From: Cladosporium halotolerans
Lineage: Eukaryota
Reading direction: 5' to 3'
Length of the DNA stretch: 55,232 nt
Assembly (NCBI RefSeq): GCF_011745625.1
Contig: NW_027191511.1
Coordinates: forward strand, 1-55,232
Below the pieces are notes generated by a model. It had not been told where the DNA came from, did no database searches, and saw only the letters and a list, made by a program, of their open reading frames with translations. A program made the translations under genes and the position numbers. Position 1 is the first letter of the stretch, and each line of letters begins with the position of its first letter. Below are positions 10,925 to 22,890 of this stretch, one piece after another.

Positions 10925-12633
10925 ATGGCTTTCTATCATATCTCTCTGGCTGGTTCTCTTGCCATCAATGCCGGGCTGGCATATCACAAACACAAAGCGA
11001 CACCTTCCCCTTTGCTACTTCACAAAGCATCGGATGAGTCGCCTCAGCAAGCATGCGAAGGTTATGAATCGGATTCTGATTGGTCGACTACGACGGCAAA
11101 CGATTGGGCAGTAACGTCGAGGCAGTACCTTACTGTGTACGGTCTGGCTGCGGCGGCTGACTGGTTACAAGTGAGTCGTGCCAAAAGCCAGCTCCATCAG
11201 CTTTGGTCCTAATGATACAGCAGGGCTCGTTCATATATGCGCTGTACAAACATCGTTATGGGCTCTCCGAGCCGAGGGTGGCAGCGCTTTTTGCGACTGG
11301 ATTCGGTTCTGGAGCCTTGTCCGCCATCGGCATCGGATACCTGGCAGATCGGTTCGGGCGAAAGAAGGCATGCATGGCGTATTGCCTTCTCTACGCCAGC
11401 TCTTGTGCTTTGACAATGATCAACAGCTATAATCTCTTGGTTGCTGGTCGAGTACTTGGAGGAATAAGCACGACGCTGTTGTATAGTGTCTTCGAGGCAT
11501 GGGTGGTAGCAAGAGCGTCAGCGCAAGAGGACAGCACGGGGGCAATAAAGCAAACACTGACTTCTGCTGCTTCTCTCAATGCCATAGTTGCAATATGCGC
11601 TGGGTTTGTCAGCGAGGCGCTCGCTTTAGTCTTTGCAACCAAAAAGGCGCCATTCGTTGGCAGCATTATATGCTTGGCAATCGCGGCTTCAATTATCGCC
11701 ATTCATTGGGTAAGCACATTGCGTGCCACACAAACACAATATCAACCTCTTGTATTAACGAAGTAGCAGGACGAGAACTATGGGGGCGACCGAACAACCA
11801 ACGAGCGGCAACCAGAACCGCTGACATTGTCTTCCGAGACAACATCACGAGGTATAACACCCAAGAGACTTGTGACTCACGCTGCTAACAGGCATACAGG
11901 AAGAGTGGCATCAATCACAATCATAAACTGTGTTATGGAAGGCTCGATGTACGCAATGGTATTTTTTTGGGCCCCATCCATCGAGCGGGCTCGGCCTGCC
12001 TCTACCGGCGAGGCGCCATATGGCATTATATTCGCGAGTTTCATGTGTGCAATGTAAGTGCACATAGATCGAGTCAGCCAGGCAGGAATCACTTTCAGCT
12101 GCCGCTCGCCACTGTCAACCTTATGATTGGAGAAAGATGTGCTGATGCCTGAAGGGTAGGATGCTTGGCACATGGCTTTGTTGGTACTCGACAACATCAC
12201 CTAGCTCGTCGGCAAACGAGACACAGCTCGTTCGGGGTTGCTTACCGGTATCAGCCCTATGCTTGCTGTGTACCGTGCTAAGTTCCGATGAATTCGTCCG
12301 CTTCTCTGCGTTCTGGGTCTATGAGCTCTGTATCGGACTTTACTTCCCCAGTATGGCGCTTCTGAAAAGTCGAATAGTGACAGACTCGCATCGGGGCTGG
12401 ACCTATGGGCTGATGAGACTGCCACTGAACGTCTTCGTGGTTTCCATGCTATGTACGACGGGCGAAGGTATCTGCCCAATCCACAACTTGTGAGTCGCGT
12501 TTACTGACAGCTCTTAGGTGATTCCTATCGCCGAAATCGGTTCATCATCTGCAGTGCACTACTCATGTGTACCTCATTGATCATATCGCCCATCTGCCCA
12601 CAGGGGCGACCTGAGAAAAGATCTGGTGGTTGA
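10925..12633 (+). CDS. MFS transporter, MFSD5/DUF791 family
   Basis: YLTVYGLAAAADWLQ|GSFIY, LADRFGRKKAC, GRVLGGISTTLLYSVFEAW, W|DENYG, EGSMYAMVFFW, ELCIGLYFP, MRLPLNVFVV. Introns 11171-11223, 11710-11769, 11852-11898, 12054-12159 and one near 12468-12517. Confidence 0.9.
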
Positions 12634-13049
12634 GAATCGGCGACGTCGATAGCTGTCCGTTTCTGAGGAACGCACCTGGACTTATCGCCGCACCTCGATT
12701 CGCTTAGTCACAAGCAATATTACTGGTTGCATGGAAGTTCTAGTCAGCACGTGGACCGGTGTTTGGCTGTTTCCAACACATTCTGCGAAGCTGTGAAGTC
12801 CTTACTAGCGGTACATAACTACATTCGCAAAATTGCGCCGCCCATTCATAGATATGAATACTATTCAGTAATGGGAGACTAATTTTGGTTGTTTGAAAAG
12901 CTTCTTATCAGGACGACATCGATCCCTTTTCGATCGCGGTACACTTGTTAAAGAAATTGTAGGTGAAACGCACGACCTACAGCGTTGAAGGTTCTTATCC
13001 CCCGACAAATTGCGAAGCTACAGACCACGCACGGATGGCGTTTTAGCAG

Positions 13050-14497
13050 CTAACGTACATAAACAGGGCTCGCTACCAACGGCGATTGTCTTGCGGGTGA
13101 TGCATGGGCTTCTGTGAGCTCATTTGGAGGACGAATTTTGAAGATTTGTAGCGGCACTGCAAGACGGAGACGCACTGCTGTTGCTCCGTGCCTACAGCCC
13201 TCTAGTTGGAGCTGAATGGTGTGTCGACGCGAGAGGTAAGGTGTCGAGAATGTTGTGGATCCCTCAGTGAGTTCCGTAAGAGGGAGGAAGAGACGCTCGT
13301 GTCTGTGCCAATGAGACTCAAACTCAATAGGAGCCGTCGTGAGGATGAATCTACGCTTTCGCACAGATTGCGAGCCGGTAGGGCATGGAGCAGCGCCTCC
13401 ACCATCGCACGACGTCCAGTCTCGCAGGACCAATTTGATCGTCCGCAAAGGCGTACTCGTTGCGGCAGCAGCGATATAAGGGTCGGCAATGGCGTCCTGC
13501 AGAGTCGGTAGTTCGTATAAAGGCACTACAGATACAAATGTGGTGGATTCCAGCAGCCAAGATATTGTCACGTGCATTTCGTCAGGCTGTTTCGAAGCTT
13601 CATCGGCACTCGTCGAAGCTTGATGTAGATGAAAGAGAGCATCAAGGCTCATATAGTGCTCCTTCCCTTGCTGTCGAGAAGTACCCAGGTTCATGACCTT
13701 TGGTTCGCGTATCGTAACAGCTAGGCGCATTCGAGACTGAGCCGAGCAAGGTCTGCTGAACCGCCAGGTTTTGATTATCGGCGGGCTCCTGATGCTCTTT
13801 CCGTTACTGCATTTGTACTCGCCAGGAAAATCGTCGACCGATACGGGTGGTGGATTTTCGAGTGAGACGTTGGTTACACCGATGTCGACAAGGTAGCAGA
13901 GAATCTCACGCTCTCCTTGGAACAGCTGTGCCACGACTTGGTAGCGCACAGACCCATGAGCTCGTGAGCTGGTACTATTAATTCGAAGCCGTCGTGTGCC
14001 AACAGTGAGCGAAGGAGGATAGCAAGTGGCATGACCCAGAAGTCCAGTGCAGCCTTGAGACATGGGCGTTGGGACACGAAAAGTAAAGGGTATTACCAGT
14101 GACCCCTCGTCACCTGCCATATCGACCCTTTCCACGCTAGCGTGTGTATCGACGAGCTCGAGGAACTGGGTAGCAACGTTAGCCATATCAGTGGTCGCAT
14201 TTTGGGGACCTTACAAGTTGTTCTAAGCTGCGCATCAGCACCAAACCCGTCGCCGAGATGCCGTAGGTAACACTGGTTTCCAGCTTTCCTGTTTGATGTT
14301 AATCCACAGATCACATGATCATGAAGTTACTCATATCACTGACCAGTTAAAGTGAGCTTAACGGCGTGTGAGCGGCATGCTTGGTCGCGATCAATGTGAA
14401 CGGTACCGCACACCAAGCCAGGTAAATCGAAGACCGGCGCTGCGTTGCCCGTGGAGTGGCGCCCGTCGAAGCTGAAAGATATCGGTGAGCCTGCCAT
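13050..14497 (-). CDS. Arrestin-like (arrestin_N fold) protein
   Basis: Exon 1 PVFDLPGLVCGTVHI..VKLTLTG; two short introns; IPFTFRVP..YPPSL..VRYQVVA; TFSTPYLSRRHTIQL; C-terminal SPVYVR (PY-like). Confidence 0.7.
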
Positions 14498-14942
14498 GAT
14501 CCTATTCTCGATGAGAGAACAAGATGTGGTACAATTTTCAGGTGACACTCAAGACGTTCCATGGGTTTAAGTATCTCACACGTACGTAGCTCGTACATGC
14601 TGGACCGAACCGGCCCGGATAACGATTTGCGCAGTCACGAAACTGAGCTAACGATCGGTCATGTGGGCAGATGGCATGCAGACCCTATCGCTAAGTTTAT
14701 GCTTTCCACGTGAACGTCTTGAACCATATTACCATAGTCTTGCTCTGTTTCTATAGTATGTATGGTGGGCATAACCCTAAGGCTGCATAATTGACAGATG
14801 ATTGACTTTTCTACCACAACATCAGATTGCGTACTTTATGGTACGTCGCCAGCTGCAAGCCGTCATACATCGCTTGCACCATAGCTAAACATAAACACAC
14901 CTAATCAAACACAATTACGTTACATGTAGCCCAACTCTCTGA

Positions 14943-16883
14943 TTATTCATGACCCAACATTTCATTCGAAGCCACGCCACCTCCCCTCGCCACCAAAGAC
15001 CTCTTGCTCATGACTTGACCTGGGTTACGGTCACCGAATTGCTCATCGGAACGCTCCTGAGTGCTTGCTGTATTACCCGGCGTATGATCATCTCCACTTC
15101 CTGAAAAGCCACCTGCGATTGATTTGGGAGATTCTTGGCCGGCATTACAATTTTTCTGCCGCTTTTCTGCCAGGACGATTTCGGGTCTCTCTGGCTGTCC
15201 GCCAAAACTCGCAAGGATGATGTCGGCATTAGCAGTCGGTGCGTCAAGAGTAGATAATTCTTCGACAGAAAACAACCGAGTGAGTATAATCCAGCGCAAA
15301 GGAATGAGTGCAATAATGATCACTGGGAATCCAATTGCACCAATGGTTTGGGATATGGCAACGCTCGCTGCGACACCAAACCAGCGAGTCAAGTCATGCC
15401 ACAGAATGCGCCGCTTTGACAGGCGTGTTCGAGGATCGGCTTGCTGGTTGAATACGTGTTCACGGAATAGATACATCAGATTGGAGGTCATCTGATTGCC
15501 TTCAATCGAGGCCCATCCCACCATGAAAAATACCCCTGCGAAAAGAGCCCGTGGCATGGTGTGTAAGACGTCCAGGAGTGGCCCGGTCATGAGACCGCAG
15601 AAGGCAAGTGCCATCAAGAAGTGCGAGACACGTTGCTCCTTGACTTCGACGGCACGAACCACTTTGGTTGGCACAACGTTTTCTTCAGAGTCGCCAACTT
15701 TTTCTTTACGATCGATCACGACCTCCTCATATACGGTGCATGAGTCGGTGTGTACCGGCGCTTGAGGCACAAGACCGTTGGGCAACGGAACGCCGATGAT
15801 ACCAGCTGCAAAACAAGTGCATCCAAGAAGGAAGAAGTCCCAGTGAAATCCAGCGGGTTTGGTCAATGGAAACTGTTTAGCCTGGGCAGTGATAGAGGAG
15901 ACGTTGTGGTCGTAATAGAACAATAGAGTCAATAGAATGCCCATCGGAAGGGAGATGAAGATCCAAGCAATCTCAAGATTCCAAAAGTCGATGAGCCACG
16001 GACCGGGGCCTGGGCGGTCGACGGCTGGGTAGAAGGCGCGGGTCCTGGGGATGCGCATCAAGTTGGCCTCTGTGATCCGACCAGGAATGTGCGAGAACCC
16101 TGTCCACCAGACAGTGGCAATAGGGTATGCAAAATCGGCAAGCACTTTGCGTACCCACGGGGTGAACATCTTTGTTTTGCCGATGTTCTCGAGAGCGTAG
16201 ACACTGGCCCAGTAGCACAATGCAATGACGATGCTAAGGTATCCCCCGGTGATTTGACCGGCGTCTTCGTAGAACTGGGCAACAAGTTCCTCCACACCTT
16301 TGATCATGTAGATGATGCCGACGTACATGCCGAATGCCTCGCTCGAGTAGTCGGTGATGTACCGCATGTAGTCGCAGAGATTGAAGATTGCGGTGATCCA
16401 ATGCGTGACAGCAGCCCAGATCGCAACCCAGGCGATGATCTGAGGATACTGATCGACCATGCCCTGAGCCTTAGTGATGTCGTAAACGGTGTAATTGAAG
16501 AGAGAGATCAGACCTGTGATGCCAACCACGGTCAATGGCTGGGCAGATAGCAGACTAAAGACAACAGCGGCCAGAGCAGAGGAGAAGAGGGCTTCATTGA
16601 TTCCGAAGAAACCCTCAGTATTGCGGCGCATATCGAGTTGGAAGGCCAGCGCCGGAAGCAGGTTGACAAAAGTGATCCGGATGGTCGCAACCATAGTGCG
16701 GTAGTTGAGGCCGTCAACCCAGTCACTCCAGTAGTACGGAAGTCGTCGTCTGATGTCCCAGTAGATGCCTCGAAATGGGCGGAGAACGCGATAACGCCTC
16801 CAACCATCGACATTGTCCCATCGGTAAGGGTCGCTGGCATAGTCGTAGGATTTTGCCGTCTGCTGCCTCGAAAGAGTCTCCAT
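14943..16883 (-). CDS. SLC4 / HCO3- cotransporter family anion exchanger (BOR1-like borate transporter)
   Basis: DIRRRLPYYWSDW, NLLPALAF, QPLTVVGITG, LLFYYDHNVSS, GFHWDFFLLG, NGLVPQAPVHT, EQRVSH; multi-TM ORF. Confidence 0.92.
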   Translation of the reverse strand: METLSRQQTAKSYDYASDPYRWDNVDGWRRYRVLRPFRGIYWDIRRRLPYYWSDWVDGLNYRTMVATIRITFVNLLPALAFQLDMRRNTEGFFGINEALFSSALAAVVFSLLSAQPLTVVGITGLISLFNYTVYDITKAQGMVDQYPQIIAWVAIWAAVTHWITAIFNLCDYMRYITDYSSEAFGMYVGIIYMIKGVEELVAQFYEDAGQITGGYLSIVIALCYWASVYALENIGKTKMFTPWVRKVLADFAYPIATVWWTGFSHIPGRITEANLMRIPRTRAFYPAVDRPGPGPWLIDFWNLEIAWIFISLPMGILLTLLFYYDHNVSSITAQAKQFPLTKPAGFHWDFFLLGCTCFAAGIIGVPLPNGLVPQAPVHTDSCTVYEEVVIDRKEKVGDSEENVVPTKVVRAVEVKEQRVSHFLMALAFCGLMTGPLLDVLHTMPRALFAGVFFMVGWASIEGNQMTSNLMYLFREHVFNQQADPRTRLSKRRILWHDLTRWFGVAASVAISQTIGAIGFPVIIIALIPLRWIILTRLFSVEELSTLDAPTANADIILASFGGQPERPEIVLAEKRQKNCNAGQESPKSIAGGFSGSGDDHTPGNTASTQERSDEQFGDRNPGQVMSKRSLVARGGGVASNEMLGHE

Positions 16884-17496
16884 GCTGTGACAACGTAGGC
16901 GTTGTACGGGCGGATATGGGACAGTATAGGAGAGGAACAAGAGGGAAGTGAGACAGGTTCGAGGTCAAACGCACGGGGCGCCGGGCAGCTGTCGACGTCA
17001 CATTTTTTCTTTCAAGCAGAGACATGGCATCCGAGACAATAAATGTCTATCGTTGTTGCACATTGCTCGGCGCCTTCTGCCGGCCCAAGTCTAGCTTTGC
17101 CGTGCCGCGACGTCAAGCGCCGCACGGGCGGTCCCCTGTTCTGCCCGGGCAGCAGACCTTTGTTCGCAGCCGCTGGCCCCACTCGTCTCCCGTGTGCACT
17201 GCTAGTCGAAGCTTGTCCCGCTGGTTGCCAGGCTTCGTGCCAGTCAATGCGATGTACGATGCAGTCCTCACATCGCAGCCTCTGCCTTGCCAGTTCGGTT
17301 CCCGTGTCTAGCTGATCCAGCATTCCCGTTCGCATGCTGCTATATACCTGTGCGAGCCTGACTTTATCGGCCAAGGAACGTCTGCAACCCTCAGCATTCG
17401 CTCTCAGGAGCGCCCTTCCGCATCAAGGAACTCTCAAGCAGCCGTGTCGGCACCCAGGAAAGCACAGAACCATCTCCAGCCTCTCAGTCGGCTGAC

Positions 17497-18329
17497 ATGG
17501 ATCACGCTGAGAAGCCTCCCGCCCCAACGAGAGTTCCTAAGGCCTGCGACAGATGCCGCATCAAGAAAGCGAAATGCTGCGGTGGTCAGCCTTGCTACCG
17601 GTGCCGTACAAATGACACGCTCTGCGTTTTCGGGTGAGTACACCCTTTACAACTGGAACAGTCGTGTCCATTTCAATGACTGATGGCTTGAGCAGAGACA
17701 AAGTCAAAGCAAAACGAACGCCGTACCCCAGAGGATATGTTGAAATGCTTGAACGTCAGCAGACACAACTAGTCACTGGCCTCCAAATGATGTATCGGAC
17801 CTTGGTCGACATTGGTAGTTGGACTGGCGAACGATTACCTCGATACAAGGATTGTCCAGCCACACACGACATTCTGGATGCACTTGGCGTAGTTTCAGCG
17901 CAGAATGTGGAGCAGCCGGATTCAATGGTACCACGCTTCCAAGACATCCATCGAGTTACCAACTTCAAGGCTGTGGACGACTCAACAACATTCGATCTAT
18001 TGGACGACAACGACGGTGCCTGTGGTTCCTCAAATGAGGCCGGAGAAATACTGTCTGGTGACAAACCATCCAGCTTACTTGCAGACAGCATAGGCCAATG
18101 GCAACCTGAGAAGGAGAGCACGCTCGTGGTGTCGGCTTTGGCTTTGGCGGAACGGTCAGCTACCACAATGAATCATGCAGCAGCCTCGCCGGGTGATGAC
18201 CCGTCAGCGACATACAGCAATTCCATTTTCCATCAACCATTATGGACGCTCACCGACGACGTGAACAACACCACGAACCTAGCAAACCACGAGGATTATT
18301 TTGACACATGGCTGACCCATGTGAGCTGA
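17497..18329 (+). CDS. Zn(II)2Cys6 transcription factor (Fcr1-like)
   Basis: RVPKACDRCRIKKAKCCGGQPCYRCRTNDTLCVFG; intron 17634-17695; YPRGYVEMLERQQTQLVTGLQ dimerisation segment. Confidence 0.88.
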
Positions 18330-19370
18330 CGGCGAACTTATGATCCGTCGGAGGAGTGAACATCACGAGAGCGACAGTCATGGGTGTCGCGAATCATTAG
18401 CCTGGACATGTATCGAGTTCGCGAGACAGGAACAAGGCGAATGGTGTAGTCTTGACACTATGGCGCACATTTCTCGTACTTGCATCTCTATCGAACTCTG
18501 AGATGAGCCATATGGCATAGCGATTTAGACATATGTTGGCACGCAAACTTTATGGGCGCCGGGAAGATCTTGCTAAAAGCCTTACGTCAGTCAATAAGGC
18601 TCCAAAATCTCGTACCTGTCGCCAGATCTTGCGTCGAATGCCTTGTTGGCCGGCTCCTTGTCATCACTGTGCTCAATGTCCATACATCGCTACTGCGAAC
18701 TCTCTGACGGATACCTATATCCCTGTCGCCACATTGACGCCTAATTCGTCATCTAGCATTCGCTCGGCGATATGGCGACCTCCACCATCAAAGCCTAATC
18801 CAAACTAAGGCAGATGCCTCGCTAGAATTGAAAGGGCTGTCGAGTCATGGGAAAAGCTGCAATCACCTGCTACCGAACTCATTACGAAACGTCCACGCAA
18901 CATCCATGCTATGACATCGGCAGGGATACTCGGGTGGGATTTTTCAGTGCGCATGCTTCTCCTAGTCGAGGTTTTCAAGCGCCTAAGCTTCAACGTTGAC
19001 ATGGTGCTGACGGCACGTGCCGTTTCTTCCGGCCGTTTGATGTCCACTAGCAATACTACCTTATTTTGTTGGCGGTTTTGTGTGCGCTCGTCCGACCTAC
19101 CGAGCTTCGGCGATGAGTGAGCGGATGTGGCATGACGTCGTCGTTGAAGCGGCCATTGCGTAGGTACACACCACGCCGGGTCTGGGCCGGATGCGCCATA
19201 AGGTATACCGCATCATACTACGCAAACTAGTGTCCAGTGACTCGAGTTGGTCATGGACATTTCGGTTCAGTAAAATATACAAACAGCTGATCTTCTATAG
19301 CTTCATTGCTGTTTGTTCTGTGTGTAACTAGATTACCAGACTCATTGAAAGCCCTAAGCCTACTTCGATA

Positions 19371-20787
19371 ATGAAGATGACAGGTTCGAAGAGCCATCGT
19401 GCATACCAGCAAGTCGTCCTTTATATCAGATGCCTCTCCTGGTACTGCGACTGACAAATTCAGCAGTATCGGCGAATGGATGCCCATCGACCACCGCATG
19501 CAGCGCGAGTGGCTGAAAAGCGTGATCGAACATGTTGACAGAACGCCCAACGATCTCCACCCAGTGCTGGAAGACTTCAAGTACCTGATCGAGCATGACA
19601 CGAGATTGTTTATACTGGTGCAATCGATGTTCGAACAAATCCCAAACAAACACCCCTATGATGCGGACCCATCAGCGGAGCACAAACAAGTGCGGGATTA
19701 CAAGCATATGCTCGAGCTCCTAAATCACTTCCTCACAACTGCGCCGCGCTGGAGTAATTCTTGCAGCCAGGCCGGTGTGGTGGGATTGCCCATCAACGCT
19801 GCTTTGGACTGGCCTATGGGGACCCTCAGTGGCTTCGCTTTTTTCTTGGATCCGGCTGTTAATGCTTTCTTCAAACAGCTTCTGAACGCGTGGGGTGAGT
19901 TCTTAACCTCTCAACAATCAGCAAAAGAGGCACTCGGCAACGACGATGCAGGCTGGTTTGGTCGGTCTGGCAAGAAGCACCTGACCGCCACCGTCAACGC
20001 CGCATCTTTCAGCAACAAGCCCGTTGACTTCGAAATACTGTTTCACTGCGATCCCGCGAAGCAATACCATGGCTACACCTCGTGGGATGATTTTTTCACG
20101 CGAAGGTTCCGCTTCGAGAATGGCATACGCCCAGTGGCAGCCCCGGAAGACGACCGTATCGTCGCCAACGCTTGTGAAAGCAAGCCATACAACGTGACAT
20201 ACGATGCGCAACTACGCGACCGTTTCTGGATCAAAGGACAGCCTTATTCGATTGGCGATATGCTTGCACACGACCCACTCGCAGACAGATTCCACGGGGC
20301 AGCTGTGTACCAAGCATTTCTTTCCGCCTTGAGCTATCACCGCTGGCACGCGCCCGTCAGCGGGAAAGTGCGCAAAGCCTACGTAAAGAACGGGACTTAT
20401 TTCTCGGAGCCGCTTTTTCAAGGACTCGCTGAGCCATTAAATGCAGCTAATGGTATTATCGATGAGTCCAACGAGACGACATCTCAGGGGTACCTCACAG
20501 CCATCGCAACGCGTGCAATCATCTTCATACAAGCAGATAACCCCGATATCGGGTTGATGGCGTTCATCGGCGTTGGCATGGCGGAAGTCAGCACCTGCGA
20601 GATCTCTGTTAGAGAAGGACAAAGAGTGCAGAAGGGTGAAGAGATCGGCATGTTCCATTACGGCGGAAGCACACATTGTCTGCTGTTTCGTAAGGACACG
20701 GCAGTGCGGGACTTTCTGAAACCTGGCCTTGAACACAATGTCCCAGTGAGGTCGCAGATAGCCGTGGTCGATCGAAGCGACGGATAG
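19371..20787 (+). CDS. Phosphatidylserine-decarboxylase-family enzyme (PSDC domain, PsiD-like pyruvoyl decarboxylase)
   Basis: GLPINAALDWPMGT, SWDDFFTRRF, NACES, IKGQPYS, YQAFLSALSYHRWHAPV, GMAEVSTC, FHYGGSTH self-cleavage motif. First exon inferred through a GC-AG intron 19409-19463. Confidence 0.9.
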
Positions 20788-21026
20788 GAAATGCAATCGA
20801 AAATCTGTGATTGACAGGACCACTAGCGATTGGGAATACCATTTTGCGAATTTGAGTCATAACGTTAACGCAGGATGCGAGTTCACGCCACTAATGTGGG
20901 CGTTTGGTAAATGGCGATGGTAAGTAAAGAATATCCAGATCAATACATGCCCAATGCTAGGCAGAGTTGATGCTTATGCTCTTACTTAACCCAACGAACT
21001 CGGTCATTGCGGCCACATGTGCGCAT

Positions 21027-22227
21027 TCAGAGCTGCACTTGACGCTGCATCCTCACATTTCTCCAAAATTCGGCGACCTCGTCTGGCAGCAGTGTATCCA
21101 TAACCGAGATTTCCCAGCTGTCGCGTTCAGCGGTCACACGATCGTGGAAAGCGCACATCATGCGGTACCGATCCCCAACACCAGCAAAGTGTAGCATCAT
21201 ATCCCCTTTTACCACATGATACCTGTTCCAAGCCTCATCTTCGTCTCGCGGATACGAGTTGAACCATCTTGGAGGAACGTAGATGGAGCCACTGGCAAAA
21301 AGAGGGTCCTGTATCATTCGCTCCATGGCACTCTGTTCTGTGAAAGGAAGCTCCTCATCTGGTTTGTAGGTGGGGTAGGAAAGAACGTTGGTGAGCATGT
21401 TCACACTCCAAGCGTTGACGCGCATTGCAAAAACGCCGTTGTTCAATCCATTCCAGTCTTCCGTCACTAGCAGGTTAATACCGTCTAGGTCTTGGGGTGG
21501 TAGAAAGGTTTCCACGGCGATCAAAGGATTGATGACGAGAGTGTCGGCGTCAAACCACTATTCAAGATGTAAGTCAGTCACACCGCCATAGTTCCTCGTG
21601 GATAGTTTTCTGATCAGATCGGGATGTCTGAATCTGCTATGGAGGCATCAGAGCTGGAGAGTATGTTGAATGTTGGAACATACTGCGAAATCGTTAGGAT
21701 ATGTTTCATGTGACAGAGTATCTATCCTGGAACTTACCCATCAACCACTGCAACCGTGCGTCTTCCGGTTTTGTCATTTCGTGCAACAGCACGGCTAACA
21801 ACGCGGCCTCTTTACTCCATAGACCATCGAGCAGTGGGCGGTCGAGTACGAAGACGGGATAATGGTGTATCTCACTATGTCTTAAATGGGTGTCGAATGC
21901 CGGAGACCGTCCTGTACCGTATTTCCCGTGCATGACAGTGCACTTGCCAACCCGAGACGAACCGGAGGATGCGTGGTTGCTAATAGGCAAGACATCTGAT
22001 CCAAGATGGACGACTTGCGGTGCAAGAGCGGCGAAAGGTAAGTGGAGGGTCGCGAGGGAACCCAATGGTGATGGAACGGATCTTGCCGTCCAAGTCGCAT
22101 TGCAGACATCATGCGTAGTGGTGAGCGTGTACTCGGTCCATGCCTCCTTACCAATGACGAAAAGTACGCATGCGAATAATGCATAAAACGAAATTTGAAG
22201 AAAAGTCTCGCGTTGCGTTCGTAGCAT
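21027..22227 (-). CDS. Glycosyltransferase family 34 (GMA12/MNN10-like galactosyl/mannosyltransferase)
   Basis: N-terminal TM; GLWSKEAALL; LQWLM|WFDADT (DxD); FLPP; DWNGLNNGVF; EQSAM; WFNSY; HFAG. Intervening sequence 21738-21558 is a nested intron. Confidence 0.9.
21558..21738 (-). other. [D1,2] spliceosomal twin intron (stwintron)
   Basis: Minus strand: ATG|G-GTAAGT..CCTAAC..CGCAG-TATGT..ACTGAC..TAG|TGG. Removing internal intron 21737-21683 rebuilds donor GTATGT and gives an in-frame M|WFDAD. Confidence 0.8.
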
Positions 22228-22890
22228 CTTGTCAAACGACTGACAAAGTTCTGGTTGTGTGGCCCTCGAGAGGATTTGCTTCTGGGACGGGGGGGCGGGA
22301 TATCATGTGAGACGAAAGGATCATAAATGGGACTTGATTGCTTTTTGCATCAGAACACTTATCGCCTTTGGTCCATAGCTCACAACATCATGAGAAGTCG
22401 GAACCCGTATTGTGAGACGCCAAGTGCACGGTAATACGCGTCCTTGACGAGTCCCACTTGGCGACAAGAAGACCCATTGGTTTCTTGATCGTTTGCATCG
22501 CACTACGCTCTAGATAAGGCTTGAGCGAGGTATTGAAAAGCATAAAACCAGATAGAGACAGGATAGAGAAGGAGCGCAAAGTTCTCTCGCACTGTGACTT
22601 GGAACAATGGCACAGTAGAGTAGGTGACGAACATTCAACGACAATAGTATTCAGTTGATGATGGCATGAGGTAGCGCCTGGCAAAGGGCGACACTCTGTA
22701 GACTTGGTCTGAGGAAGTGGCATGATACTGAGTAGCAGCTCGGCTGCCCTACCGTAGGCACGCAAAGTTTGACTGCGCCACCGCGCACCCGCTGTCGATC
22801 GCGTTGCTGCCCGGGCAGAATTGCCTGGACACACCAAGGCTCGTGGACGGTCGACGGTGACCCGCAGTAACCCCCTTCCACTCCGGTTCG

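Noticed and set aside
9387..20787. Psilocybin-like cluster (decarboxylase + methyltransferase + MFS transporter)
   Set aside because: The methyltransferase is a membrane-anchored Methyltransf_22 type, not PsiM/METTL16-like; no kinase or P450 is present.
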